Below are positions 1-13,175 of a stretch of DNA of 64,000 nucleotides, piece by piece. Every line of letters starts with the position of its first letter. Positions within the stretch are counted from its first letter, which is position 1. The stretch covers positions 70,928,001 to 70,992,000 of the forward strand of contig OX597815.1 in NCBI GenBank assembly GCA_951406725.2, in the 5' to 3' direction. Made by a program: the position numbers and the translations under genes. The notes below the pieces were generated by a model that was not told the DNA's origin, did not search any database, and saw only the letters and a program-made list of their open reading frames with translations. Source of the DNA: Octopus vulgaris. Lineage: Eukaryota.

Positions 1-123
1 TATCGGCTTTGAACGGATGAAAGTCAAAGTCGACCTCCGCGTAATTTGAACTCAGAACGTAAAAACGAACGAAATGCCGCTAAGCGTTTTTCGGCCTGCT
101 AACGATTCTGCCAGCTCACCGCT
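1..123 (-). mobile_element. SINE family A (tRNA-like head), partial
   Basis: Reverse complement of the head GCGGTGAGCTGGCAGAATCGTTAGC...GAGTTCAAAT...GGTCGACTTTG seen in more than 10 copies in this window. Confidence 0.8.
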
Positions 124-199
124 TTAATATATAAACATACAATAATAGATTATAATCATTAACATGCTCATCAATTCTAGATCGATTATTTATTAAGAC

Positions 200-1340
200 A
201 AGTCGCATATCACATTCGACTTTCCTACATCGTTTTTATATTTGCTAAAGCAGAAAACTTTTCTCACATAAATAAATTGAGTCAAGAAGAAGCAAAATAT
301 GCAGTACCTTCTTTTGAACATTTGGTGTTGGAAACTGAGTTGGAAGTTTAGAGACAGGAACATTTCTTGCTTTCTTATCAATAATTTCTCTTAACTTTCT
401 CTTAACTTCATCAATATCACACATAAACGGATTCTCTACCTAATTACACCTTTTACCTGGAATCTCAGAGAAGTATTTATACTCGAAGATATCACAAACT
501 ATTTTCTAGACCTGCAACAAAGGTTATTTCTGGTAGCGTTTGCAATTTCTGTGGCTTCTGAAGAAGTTTGAAAAGAAGGAAATGACATGGAATTCCTTGA
601 AGATTGTTCAGTTTACAACGTCCTCCATTTTAAGGAAACAAATTTGAATGTTCTCCGGGGGAGTGGGGATAACTTGAGAGTATTGAATTTAAACAAGCCA
701 GTGAGATAAGATAAATGTAACAAATCTCGTTTATTTGTCAATAGAGTGGGTATGCTAATCTTTTAGTGTACAGTGTTATAGATCCATTTCAACCGATTTT
801 ACCCATCAGTTTCGTACATGAGTCAGATAATTCGGTGATTCTCTAAGACCACGAGTCTTAGGTAATCACCTAAATTGTCTTATTCGCGTATGAAACCAAT
901 AGGTAAGATTGGCTGAAATGGAGCTATTATAGTATCTGCTATAAAGTTTAATACACACACACACATATACGCGCGCGTGGGTGTATGTGTGTATGTGTGT
1001 TTGTGTATGTATGTGTGTGTGTATGTGTATCTGTGTGTGTGTTGTGTGTATAGATGTATATAGGTATATAAACAGATTATCAGAGGATGACAGAAGATTA
1101 TCGGTTACCAATAATCTTGCTTAATACGTTCGTATGGAGAACGTCCTTGACCTTCGGTACCAAATGGAAATGGCGTCACAGTTCTCCCGTCAAGTTGAAC
1201 ATGCTGCAAAAATAATAGGTTTACAAGAAAAAAATTGCGGCTTCATGTTCACTGTATTTCAGCATTATCGCAAACTTAATTTATCAATTGATGCGCAAAT
1301 TGTTTGGAACCACGTTTTAGATAAAATAATTTCTACAAAA
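200..1340 (-). mobile_element. Degenerate hAT (Charlie/Buster-like) transposase remnant
   Basis: Manual minus-strand translation gives YWFHTRI..R*LPK (cf. LFHTEVRWLS), HLSYLTGLF (cf. LAYLADIF) and ILLLLDSIYLCEKSF/SALANIKT (cf. dimerisation domain TYLCESGFSAL..IKTK); many stops and frameshifts. Confidence 0.6.
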
Positions 1341-1359
1341 TATTATTAAATCATTGTAA

Positions 1360-1600
1360 CGTGGACAAGTGGTTAAGGCGTTGTTCTTAGGATTGTAAGA
1401 GTATGGCTCTGATTTCTGATCCGGATATTGCGCTGCTGTGTTTTTGAGCAAAACAATTCATTTCACGTTGCTTCAGTCTCTTCAACTGGCGTCCTGTTCA
1501 GAAAGAAAGAAAGAGAGAGAGAGAGAGAGTGATCTTGGTTACTTACACGCCATAGAAACCTGGTAACCGGCTCGATGAGTTCGAGGACTTGAGACATTAA
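1360..1600 (+). mobile_element. SINE family C (tRNA-derived, CORE-like centre)
   Basis: GTGGTTAAGGCGTTG head, TTGAGCAAAACAATT centre, CCATAGAAACC tail; similar to 27083, 48540 and 54440. Confidence 0.6.
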
Positions 1601-1884
1601 AGTTTAGGGGTTAATGACTACAATGTTGATTGTTGATGCAACAGCGGATTCTAGCCATGTGGAACAGAACGTTCATTATCCGTTAGTTGACCAAGGGTGG
1701 TACCAAATATTTATTTCTTTTTCCGTTGCTTTCGCGACTAACTTCAACCCATCCATAGGGTGGCGTCCATGGTCATGTAATCAGTTAATGAAAGACACTG
1801 TGACTCAAGCTCCCAATTCAAATTCATAATTCCCTTATTATGAATGTTAACTGGGAGCTGATTACGCAACTATAGATGCCTCCC

Positions 1885-2060
1885 CTATGGATGCGTTGCC
1901 GTTACTCTCTTGACAGAGCTCGGTGATTTAACCGCTGATCTTCTGGGATTCCTCCGCTCTGCTTTAATGTAAGAAGCACGGTTGGATCTTTTGAGCTCTT
2001 CCGCTACCTCTCCATAATCTGCCATGCTGCAGTTCCATAGCCTTACCGTATTCCTGGCAG
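1885..2060 (-). repeat. Dispersed repeat, possibly a LINE 3' end
   Basis: Aligns by eye with 46831-47000 (shared CATGCTGCAGTTCCATAGC); encodes NTVRLWN / NTEKLWN, reminiscent of CR1/L2 C-termini. Confidence 0.45.
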
Positions 2061-2139
2061 GGTGGCAATCCCTATATTTATCCCTTGTTGATTGTTTTAA
2101 CAAAACTGGAGCTGAATTGGCAAGACTGGTTACGGAGAC

Positions 2140-3200
2140 ATTCAATCATTTTGGGGTATCTATTAAAGATAATCATTGACATATTTATGATAACGGTATC
2201 AACATGTCTGATAAGTAGGGTGATATCATCGTATAGGTGACTCTACCAACACTTTATGTATTCATCGAACAGACTGAGAAGCAAGTGTTAGATCAAGATC
2301 TTGTTGAAGTGTGACTTGCACTAAAAAGCTTCTGTCTCTCAGCCTCACGTCCCCAAACGATAAATGAAATGAAGAGTGTAATGAATTATGTATCATACTT
2401 CTCTTACATTCTAGTGTCATCAATTTAGTTGATTCTCATACTGATCGATAACGATAATGAGATGATCCAGTCAAGAGATGCTACAACAAATTGAGAGGTT
2501 CAAACTAATGATCTTAAAGTTGTATTTGGCAAATGACCTCAGATTTTTAATAAATCGAAACCGGTTACAGAAGAAATGGAAACCGTTTTTTGTATCCCAT
2601 CAAAACTATAAATTTAAAAAAAAATTTCCGTTATTGAAGACGATAATAAACTAGAGGAGAACATCTGAGAAAGTCCTAATGATAGTTCTGATGAACCTCA
2701 CTCTGAATTCAAACGGAATGTTTCCTTTGTTCTCATTGGTTCACTGTTTGCTGGAATATCAAAGCGGTTCGGCGCTGCAAACACAATTGAGGTTGTTTTG
2801 CATTCTGAGGTATCAGTAAGACATGTCAGAAGAACTCAACTTTATAAGTCCAAGATTATGGAAAAAATATTCAGACAATCTCTTAGAATACCTACAAGAG
2901 GAAATAAAGCATCTTAAGACGATTAATATATTACATTTTTGTAAAGATTGGGAGATAAATCAACTTACAAGTTATACATGTTAAATTATATTATTCTCAG
3001 TGTTTGTATTGCCATGCGTATGTTCTGTACATTGTCAGTTATAGTAGCATTTAGTGAGAGATCTTTTAAGAACGTAAAGTTCATTAAGACTTCTTCAATA
3101 GTACGATAATACAGGAAAGAGTGATTGACATAATTGCTCTTAGTATTGAATAAAAACTTGTGGGGAAAATGATTTCCGTGAAATAATAAAAGAAACCATT
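2140..3200 (+). mobile_element. Degenerate hAT (ZMYM1-like) transposase remnant
   Basis: YDNGINMSDK (cf. YDNGANMSGK), EFKRNVSFVLIGSLFAGISKRF, and CIAMRMFCTLSVIVAFSERSFKNVKFIK..QERV..IALSIE (hAT dimerisation domain). Confidence 0.75.
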
Positions 3201-3869
3201 TGTTTTAGAAGGAGCATTTAAAGCGAGTTTCCTTAAATTATAAGAATTCTCAAATCTGCATTTTAAAAGGAATTCTTGATATGTTCATATTTTCAATCAA
3301 TTATCAAATTAATTGAACAAATGTTTATGTTATATTATTTTCTCAAAATAATAATGCTGATTGTTGAAGGCATTTCACAAGGAAAATTGGTTCTTGCTAT
3401 CCCACAATTCGTGGTCTAAATTAAAATTAAAAATATACACCAGATTATTTTGTAGGAGTCGATTCTAAGGCGCTTTATTATATTTTTTTAATATGGGTAA
3501 TTAATAATGCATAATTCATATAGAGTTAATCTACATCTTCAAAAACATATCTATGTAAAGTTTTATTAAAAACGATGCTTTATTAAGAAAGATATGGAGA
3601 AGTACTTACATGCGAATGGAGGTATGCCCAATAATCAGACTATTTCTATTTATGTTTCAGACAACAAATTCCGAGACACCCTTATCTCTTTTAGTTATAA
3701 CTTGTATTAAGACTTGAAATACTGTTACAAACTCAAACAGCCCAGAGTTTCCGAGAGCTTCGACTTTGAACCCCAATTCCAAGTGTCTCTGTTCATGGGT
3801 CAGCCCTAGGACCCTCAGAGTTATTGGTACTTCTGTATGTGTAATAATTTGTGAAACCCTTTCTATACT

Positions 3870-4290
3870 ACCTAACAAAAACTCATAAAGTTAAGAAGAA
3901 AACAGCCTCTCAATAGTTCTATATTGTCTTTCCAGTTTTTCTTTCAACTCACATCTTTGTATTCTCAATATTTTCCGTATGTATACTGGCGTCGTTTGGG
4001 TTCTGAAAATTCCATTCTTGAAGCATGTTGCAGCGGATATATAGGAAGATATCGATGTTCTCTACATGGTTGTAAGAACTCTACAATGAAACAACTTTCT
4101 AAAGGAACTATTTTTCAGAATATAAGTTCTAATGTTTCGCAATTGCTATCAGGCACCGCTATCACAGCACACCTACTGCTCCGTCACTCAGTTGTCCGAT
4201 GCACCTAATGCCTTTCAGATTTCACGTTACGTCACTCTGAAAGTGTTCTGTGAAAGTATTTTGATTCATCTACATGTTTCCATCTCTCAT
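3870..4290 (-). mobile_element. Merlin (IS1595/ISXO2-like DDE) transposase remnant
   Basis: Minus-strand segments VDESKYFHR, AVPDSNCETLELI, IHTENIEN, KLERQYRTIERLFSS*LYEFL follow the Merlin motif order. Confidence 0.8.
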
Positions 4291-4329
4291 GGAATTACAA
4301 GCAAAGAAATGTTCGAAAACGAGGAGTAG

Positions 4330-5480
4330 CCGTCGACAATTGCATAAGGCAGCCCCTTGAGCAACATTCCTTGTCTAATAACCTTAAATACATGCCCGAA
4401 GAAGTCGCACGAATCTACCGCAACGTATCATCAGATGAAAGAATGAGCATATATGAGCAGAAGTCTATGCATGAGTATACTAGTAGAAAACTCAGAGATG
4501 ATAGTAACATTGATCATTAAAACAGTCTAACATGGACCAATAGCTGGATTACTACCTCCCACTTTGAAGAATATGTGTTTGCAATCCAGGATCACGAAAT
4601 ATCAACCAAATACCAGATGCAAAGAAGGGATAGAGATGCAGGAAAAGCCATAAACTGTGAAAACCGATGCAGACTTTGTGGGATTAACACCGAAGATATC
4701 ACCGACATCATAAGCAGTTGTCCAAAAATGTTGTCACGCTATTATTTACCGATGAGACATGATGTTGTAGCTAGGACACTCTATAATGAAATCCGTCGAA
4801 AGGATAATCCCGAAGACAAAGAAATAAGAACCCACAGTATGGTAGAAGCCATAGCCACTCATAATGAAAAGGTGTATTGGTAGAATGTCCCAGTGAAAAC
4901 CTCAATAAAATGTAAGCACAACAGACCTGATATAATGATTTGGGATAGAGAAGAGAAACTGTGTACAGTTGTGGAAGTTAGCTGCCCATCGGATGTTAAC
5001 ATAGAGCTGAAGATTAGTGAAAAAGAGGATACCTACGCTGAAAAATATGAAGTTACATAATCCAGATTACAAGTTCAGGTTTATACTTGTAATTATCGGG
5101 GCCCAGGGATACGTAATACATTGCCTAAATAACAATCTTGAGAAATTAGGTTTCTCAAAACTAGAAAGGAGATAATTAATTCGAAGACTACAGATCCAAT
5201 CCATCATTGGAACTGTAAAAATCTGTAAAGCTTTCCAGAAGTTTATCATTTAAATATATATGAGCATTTCTAGATATGCAGATATGCATGAGAATGCATA
5301 CATAAAACAAAACATACAAATCTGCACACATACAAACAAACATACATACGTACGTACGTACGTACATACATACATACAAACAAACAAAAATACCCTGTTG
5401 TTAATGTTGAAATTCCATTGAAGGAGCTTAAGATCTAGGCTAGAAACCGGCTCTTCTTTTGGCAAGAAGTTTTGAAATAA
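4330..5480 (+). mobile_element. R4/Dong-type RLE LINE, 3' portion (pseudogenised)
   Basis: CRLC..EDITDIISSC zinc knuckle, RHD motif, KHNRPDIMIWD..VVEVSCP restriction-like endonuclease, then 3' UTR; sister copy at 24020-24560. Confidence 0.9.
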
Positions 5481-5492
5481 ACTGAATAATGA

Positions 5493-5866
<374 letters not shown>

Positions 5867-8089
5867 GATCATTTATTTAAATAATTTGAGAGAACGAATT
5901 TCCAAATCAATCAGGTGCAACCCTTTAGCATTATATGCATCTGCATATCGTACAGTGGGGTCTTGCTAATCATATATTCATATATTTATCTAGAAATATA
6001 CAAAGTAGATAATAGAAATCAATAATAATTCAGTTTTTGAGATTAATAGATATGCGGGTATTCTGTTTCAGATAAAGCAAAAAATAACCTAATGCGTATA
6101 TCTGACGGTAAACTCGTGGTATCTATTTGCACATCGCGAAATAATACTTTAAAGAATATAACCAGTATACCATCAGGGTATAAAATGTACTTCGTAAATT
6201 ATTCTTACTTAAGTTAAAATTAAAATTATCAATTATGAAGGAACTACACGAGTTTCAGTATTGGAAGATTATAGTATATATACATACATATGGACATATA
6301 AATATATATATGCAATCATCATATCTACAATTTTACCAACACATCTTCAGGTTCTATTTCAAAATATTGTTAATCCAATTTTACATCACCTTAAAATTAA
6401 GTCTTAAATTAAGCATTAAATTAAACATTAAAAATTATACTTTATAAAGTTAAGAATTAAAAAAAATATAAATTATAGATTATACATTATAAAGATGATT
6501 TAGTATACATATATCAAACTTATAATGTCAAGTATATAATGTCAAATACAAAATATAAGATATAAAATATACATCAGAATAAAAAAGTCTGTGATTTAAT
6601 GTGAAAAATAACATAAAAAGCGCAAATACATATCCTCCTATGGTGGAACCAAGATGTCTTTCAAAATGGCGATTAGAGGAAGTGAAGATAGCAAAGCATT
6701 ATGGGAATTTATAGATGATTAGTACCAAGGGGGGTAATTATGCTCTGCATAGTTTAATTTAAATTATTTTCTATTATTATCTTCAATCTGACTATATTGA
6801 GGGATATATATAATTTGCTATATTATAAGTTTTAGTAAGATCTAATTAATTTATTTAATCATTTATATAATCTATTCAAGTACTGTAGAAATCAAAAGTG
6901 TGTGGTTTTTAGATTCAAGCGGGGTTCAGCATTTCATTTTATTAAAAGTAAAATTACTTTTGTGTCTACATTTAACTCCTTGTTCATTGTATGTGTTAAG
7001 TAATTTATCTCTAGACTGTAGCAGTTTCATAAATTCTGTTATACATAATAAAGAAATAAAACACACACACAAACTCATGTAACAAAATGATAGCGCCGGC
7101 TTGTTATAATGTATGAATATATGCTCATGTATAACCTTGAAAAATTTCAATTAAATCGTATAGAACTGAAATCTAAGTTGTCACTGGTTTAAATATATTA
7201 CTGCCAATATACTACAATTAATAAAAGTATTTTAATTCGATCAGTTGTAAAAAATGTTCCGACGTCAAAAAGATCAAGATCTGCTCACTACGTGGTTAAG
7301 TAAACAGGACTCGATAACTACGATGACTGCACTTCTCAACGCTAATTACAGTTTTCTCTGAGAAAATACGTTCGTAAGATTTCAACTTGCATGAGCCAAT
7401 GCAATTTGTAGATTGCTGAAATACTAAATACAAAAATTTCTGGAATCTGAGGTTTGTTTATAGTTTTCGGTAACAAATTACGTACGTAAATATTATTGAA
7501 GCTTGGCGGAGAATTTCATTTTTTGCTTTAATCTGGCAATTCTCAAGGTAAGGGAAACAAAAGTGTATTATTCTCTCTTTTATCGCCTTCTGGCTACACT
7601 CTGATAATTTTATTTGTATTATCATGTATCTAGTGTTAGATTGAATTTTATTGCTGTCTCTGAATTGTGTCTTTAGTCTTTATCTCTATTTACATTAATA
7701 TTGATCTATCTCTCTATCCCTCACACTCTTTCTTGTCTGCTTCTCTTCCCCCCTTTTTTTACACCTCTTTATTCATATTTGCATTGACTTCTCCATATTG
7801 ACGTCGATTCCTTATCTCTCCCTTTCTATTTATATCGATTTATCTCTCCGTTTCTCTTTTCTCCACACTTCTTCGCTCTCTGTCTATGCTTCTGTCTTCG
7901 ATCTCTGACAACGATCTCCCGCTCTCTTTCTTTCAGCTACTCTCTTTCCAAAATTAAAAAAAAAACACACCCAGTGTATGATGAGGATAGAGAAAATTAT
8001 TAATAATTAATTTTATATTACACAAAAATTATTTATCCTGGAAAAAATATTGACAGGAAGTGCAAGCGTTGCCACTGATATATACATAT

Positions 8090-8805
8090 ATAATACTGTT
8101 GTATTGTTTATATTATTTATATAAAACTATTCACTGATCTCGGTTCTGTTTATGGCTTAGGCTATCAGTCGAGTGTATAGGTATTGATGTAGCGGATATT
8201 TTAAATTTTGTCTTAGGTGAATCTAGCTCACGAAGGCTAACTAGATTTGAAATAACAAACATATTCTGGAAAGTCCGAAACTCAAGTACTGGGTTGTACG
8301 ACGCTATGTAAAGCTGCTATTTCTAGCAAAAAGCGACTGCTATTTCTAGTAAACATTGGTGCCTTGTTGTTCCACTATTTCTTATTTATAATTCACCCTT
8401 TACGGTGCTTATCGCTGGAAAATAATACGATTGTATTGTAATAATATCTATAATTTTCCATATAAAACTATTCACTGATCTCGGCTCTGCTTATGGCTTG
8501 GGCTATCAGCCAAGTGTATAGGCATTGATGTAGCAGATATTTTAAATTTTGTCTTAGGTGAACCTAGCTAACGAACACTAACCAGATTTGCAATGGCAAA
8601 CATATTCTGGGAAGTCCGAAACTCGAGTACTAGGTTGTCCATTTCTTTGGCGTTTCTCCTAGAGGTAAGACGAAATTTTTTTGTTCGTCGCCCCAACACA
8701 TCTTAGCCTCTATACATTCAGTGAAGCTTTACATAGCGTCGTACGGTTATCGGCTTCTATTTCCAGCAAACACTGGTTCCTTGTTGGGCCACTATTTCCT
8801 ATTTA
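8090..8805 (+). mobile_element. Tandem direct repeat (two diverged units of ~310-380 bp), PLE pseudo-LTR-like, each with an HHR motif
   Basis: TATAAAACTATTCACTGATCTCGG... is repeated at ~8119 and ~8461; each unit carries a hammerhead fold. Confidence 0.75.
8561..8636 (+). ncRNA. Type I hammerhead ribozyme motif, core mutated
   Basis: AACCTAG-CTAACGA-[stem II]-AGTCC-GAAA-CTCGAG-TA-CTAGGTT: perfect 7-bp stem I, palindromic stem III; sister at 8220-8295 has core CTCACGA. Confidence 0.7.
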
Positions 8806-9423
8806 CACACACACACACACACACGCATACATATTAAATATATTTTTTTATCGTTGAGAAGCAGATTACGAAGGAAAATACCGTTATTTATCTTTATCGA
8901 CATTATCCATAGCTTATAGCATATATGAACTTTGCGCTTTGTTAACAAAATCAGCTTTAGAAGTAGTAGTTTTTGTTATAATAAGTTTGTATAAAGCATT
9001 AAAAATCACGTGTGTTGAGTTATGGTGATTACCCACTTGAATCCTAGCGTTTGTTATAAAAAGTAAAAAGTATACATGAACTCCTCCCCAAACTTAAGAA
9101 AGATTTACGTGAATAAGACCAGAAAGCAAATTATTAGACAATGTGGCTTACTTGTAATATTTTGGTAGCTTTAGGGGTGAATTATTAAATGCAGAAGTGT
9201 TGGAACGTGTGAAGAATCCATATAATTTTATGATATCGAAACTGTGTCTCACCGTAAAATCTGAAAATGTAAGCCTTCGATCACACTGTCAAAGTATCTG
9301 TATTAACGAAAGATTTAAGATTTTACGTAAGAAATTCAACCGAAGCGTATGTATGTATGCATATATGCATATATACTTACATACACACTCACATGTGTGT
9401 GTGTATGAACATATATATATATA

Positions 9424-10340
9424 GCTCATCGGAGATATAATAGTCGAGACCCTGAAGCTTGCCAACTTGACCAAGCATGTATGATAAACCCCGTCGTCTA
9501 TGAGGCAGAAGTCATTGCAATACTTCAAGATAATCTAACAAGAAAGAAAAATTACATTGGTTTATGCGAAAGCAATTTCAAAAGACGTTATGCAAAGCGG
9601 TTCGGCAAAAGAGACCGATAGAATAAGTACTAGGCTTACAAAGAATAAGTCCTGGGATCGACTTTCTCGACTAAAGGCGGTGCTCCAGCATGGCACAGTC
9701 AAATGGCTGAAACAAGTAAAAGAGTAAAAGAGTAAACCACCAATCTTCTTTCCGGCACATCGACGAAAGTAAAGCCACTAGGTTGGCTAGCCGCGTATGA
9801 TGTTTGAAGGCCAACTGCACACCGCATAAAATCAAGTAGAGAATCGTAGAGAAATTCATGCCATATGTAAATGGGTTTCAGAAATGCAACTTGTGCGTAG
9901 CTGAAAGATCGCTCATTATTTTTAGATCAAATAATCCAACCGCATTACTTAATTCCAAATCCGAAATTGCGAGCATATTTCTTTTGACTAACTGGAGAAT
10001 ACCACCAATCCCGGATTGAGCAGCTGTCTTGCAAACTTTGCATCCCTCGCAGTTGAATTATTCAACAACTTGTTCAGTTATAGCTTCTACGTTCAAAAGG
10101 AACGTGAATCTAATTTTCTTTCCTTTCCTTTTTCCGTTTTTATTCAATCTTTCACTTTTTGCATTAGCCTTCTCATTTTCTCGTAATTTCTCATGTACCA
10201 GCGACCTAATTTTCAACTAGAATTGACTATGTACTCAGAGCCTACAGATTGGTTGAAGAACCAGGGCGTGTTATATTAAACTACATAGAAATGTCTTCAC
10301 TGCAAGAAACTAGTAGTAGTTGGTATATTTATACTGTGTA
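9424..10340 (+). mobile_element. Penelope-like element 3' portion: GIY-YIG endonuclease (Naiad-like) plus 3' region
   Basis: CQLDQACMINPVVYEAEV..KNYIGLCESNFKRRYA / NHQSSFRH..PYVNGFQKCNLCVAERSLII..LLNSKSEI; split by a SINE fragment; begins at a (TA)n tract. Confidence 0.88.
9597..9733 (+). mobile_element. SINE family B, 3' fragment inserted in the PLE endonuclease
   Basis: GCGGTTCGGCAAAAGAGACCG...CTGAAACAAGTAAAAGAGTAAAAGAGT; the PLE protein resumes after it. Confidence 0.85.
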
Positions 10341-10509
10341 CATACACCTTAACACTAACCCATACCTTAACCCTAATGCGCGCGCACACACATATACACA
10401 TACGTATATATACATATGCATATGTATATACATACGCACACACATATTTACATATACATACCTGTATACATATATACACATATTCATATATATATATATA
10501 TATACATGA

Positions 10510-10543
<34 letters not shown>

Positions 10544-10544
10544 C

Positions 10545-11990
10545 ATAGTTTTACCTCAGAGCTGTGGTCATGCTGGAGCACTGCCGTTTTACTACACTAT
10601 TTTTACTGAGAGCCTCCTCTAATATGTGGCACTTGGTGAAGAATGCAGTTTGATGTAGCTACCCTCATTTGCACCTCTTGCCGCGAGGTAGGTTCATCTA
10701 GGACTCTCGCCAGGAAGAGGTCCAGCCTTGATTTGAAAATGCCTACATCCACTTTGTGTAGGTTCCTCAGGCTCTTTGGGAGAATACTAAAAAGCTTTGG
10801 GCCCCTGAAAACCAGGTTGTTGCAGGAACTGGTCCTGAATCGCGATGGCATTGCTGGGATCTTTGGCACTGTGCATTGGCGACCTGTTCTGGCATTGGTG
10901 TATTTTTCAATGCTAAAATTTGGTACAATTCCTTCCAAGATCTTCCAGATGTATATTACTGCATACCTCTCCCGCCATCGCTCCAGAGAGTAGAGTCTTA
11001 GCTGTTTCAGCCTTTCCTAGTAGCTGAGCTGTTGCAAAGAGACGATCTTCTTTGTGAAGCTTCGCTGGATTACTTCAAGGTCCGCTGTTAATTTTACACT
11101 GTTGGGTGACCATAGCTGGGAGCAGTAATCCAGGCTGCTGAGGACGAATGTCCGACAGAGGACCATCATGGTTTCCTTTTCTCTGATTCTGAATGTTCTC
11201 AGGATCCATCCAGCCAGTCCTCTGCACTTTATCGCCATCCTGGTAATGTGCACTTGGAAAGAGGTATCAACACTCATATCGATACCCAGGTCCCTCACTG
11301 ATTTAGGCTCTGGGATTGTAATTCCCTGTAGACCAATGTACCATGTAAGTTTCATGTTCAGTTTTGGACGCTGGTAGTACAGGGCTTTGAATTTTTGAGC
11401 ATTAAACTGCATATTATTATCCTCATCCCATCTGTAAATTGAGTCCAACTGCTGCAGCAGATGTGCAATATCGCTGGGGTTCTGTATTTTCTGCGAGACT
11501 TTCCTATCGTCTGCGTAACTAGGAAGAGCGGCTATCCGGGCAGTTGAGGGCATATCTGAGAGGGCTACTATGAAAAGCAGTGGTCCCCAGACAGTGACCT
11601 GTGGAACACCGCTCACTAGTTGTGCTTTCATTAAGGTTGCTCTATTGGCCACTACTGCCTGACTTCTATCTTTCAGAAAGTCATGTAATCACTTCCCAAG
11701 TTTTCCAGCTATGCCGAGATGACGCAGTTTGTGGCATATCATACCATGATCCACTTTATCAAAAGCTTTTGCAAAATCAAGGTATATTACGTCCACATTT
11801 GAGCTGGTGAGTAAATGCCTCAACACCCAGTCATAATGTTGTAAGAGCTGGGTCAGGCAGCTCCTACATGGTCGAAAGCCATGCTGGTATCACTCAGCAA
11901 GTTATTTTCTTCAATGAATGCGATTAGTTTCCCTCTGACCTTGAGTTCCATGACTTTGCTGATGTGTGAAGTCAGAGAGATAGGCCTATA
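10545..11990 (-). mobile_element. CR1-like LINE, 5'-truncated reverse transcriptase region
   Basis: YLDFAKAFDKVDH, SGVPQ.TVWGPLLF, YADD, VRDLGI, LDYCSQLWSP motifs. Confidence 0.92.
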
Positions 11991-12494
11991 GTCAATTGCT
12001 TCATAAAGTCTGCTGAATACCAAGACTCAGACACCTGCATGTTGTCAGTTAAAGTTGTCGTAATTTTGTCGATTTTTTGTGTAATACTAGTCGATCTTTC
12101 TGTCCAACCTCTAAATTTTGGACATTAATAAATGACAGCAGGAAACAATTTATCGACTTTGCAACAATGTGGCTCAGATCAATCGTAAAGAGAGTATGGC
12201 ATTCGTTTTTCTGATGTAGAATAACGCATTTCAGCACAGTTGTCAATTGCTCAAGTTCGTTATCATTATAGTTGTTGTCGACGCTCTCGCGAGATCAGCA
12301 AAATGAGCAGAATAAAAACAAAATGTTCAAGGTAATGATTGATTGATTGATTCTAGTTTCAGCTTATGAGCTGTGGCCATGCTGGGATAACAAAAAAAAA
12401 AAGCAATTAATAAGCTTAAAAAAAAATGAACACACTATTTTCATAAAGATACGCTTAATGGACATGAATATACTTTTGTTTATAAAATCAGTAC

Positions 12495-12843
12495 GGCGTA
12501 GTAGTGGCTGTGTGGCAAGTAACTTGCTTACGAAACACATGGTTCTGGGTTCAGTCCCACTGCGTGGCATCTTGGGCCAGTGTCTTCTACTATAGCCTCG
12601 GGTCGACAAAACCTTGTGCGTGAACTTGGTAGACGGAAACTGAAAGAAGCCCGTCGTATATATATATATATGTGTATGTGTGTGTATGTTTATGTGTCTG
12701 TGTTTGTCCCCCCCCCCAACATCGCTTGACAACTGATGCTGGTGTGTTTACGTCCCCGTAACTTAGCGGTTCGGCAAAAGCGACCGATAGAATAAGCTTG
12801 GCCACAGTCACATGACTGAAACAAGTAAAAGAGTAAAAGAGTA
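12495..12843 (+). mobile_element. SINE family B (tRNA-like head, CORE-like TTGGGCAAGTGTCTT, internal microsatellite)
   Basis: GGCTGTGTGG..GGTTCAGTCCC head; (TA)(TG) core; GTAAAAGA tail repeats. Confidence 0.85.
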
Positions 12844-12960
12844 ACCGTTTCTATTACTGAGGTTCTATCTGGTTGGGTAGCGAGTCAGCACTGCAGGACG
12901 GATTTCAGTCACTTACATTAGGGCCTGAACTGTGAAGTAAATATGTTATTAGTAAAAGCG

Positions 12961-13175
12961 TTTCAAATTTTGACATGAGGTCAACAAATTTAGGGGGAAA
13001 TAGTTAGTCGATAATATCGACCCCAGTCCTGAACTGGTACTTTAATTTTATCGAACCCGAAAAGATGTAAGGCAAAGCCGACATCGGTAGAATTTGAACT
13101 CAGGACCTAAAGAGTCGTGAGAGATGCTGCCAAGAATTTTTCCCACGCGCTAGTGATTCTGCCAGCTCGCTGCCT
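12961..13175 (-). mobile_element. SINE family A
   Basis: Matches the family A consensus in reverse. Confidence 0.75.

Noticed and set aside
3460-3530. piggyBac-like LIWVINNA motif
   Set aside because: Single short weak match, no TTAA/TIR support
5880-7150. Possible further PLE 3' end (LRERISK, GLANHI)
   Set aside because: Too degenerate to support; no HHR seen
9798-9800. In-frame TGA in the Naiad-like endonuclease as possible selenocysteine
   Set aside because: It aligns with a conserved Trp (TGG to TGA decay), not a Cys; other stops are present and no SECIS was recognised
10250-10325. TTGAAGA..GAAACTAGTA as the HHR of the 9424 PLE
   Set aside because: No stem I or stem II pairing found
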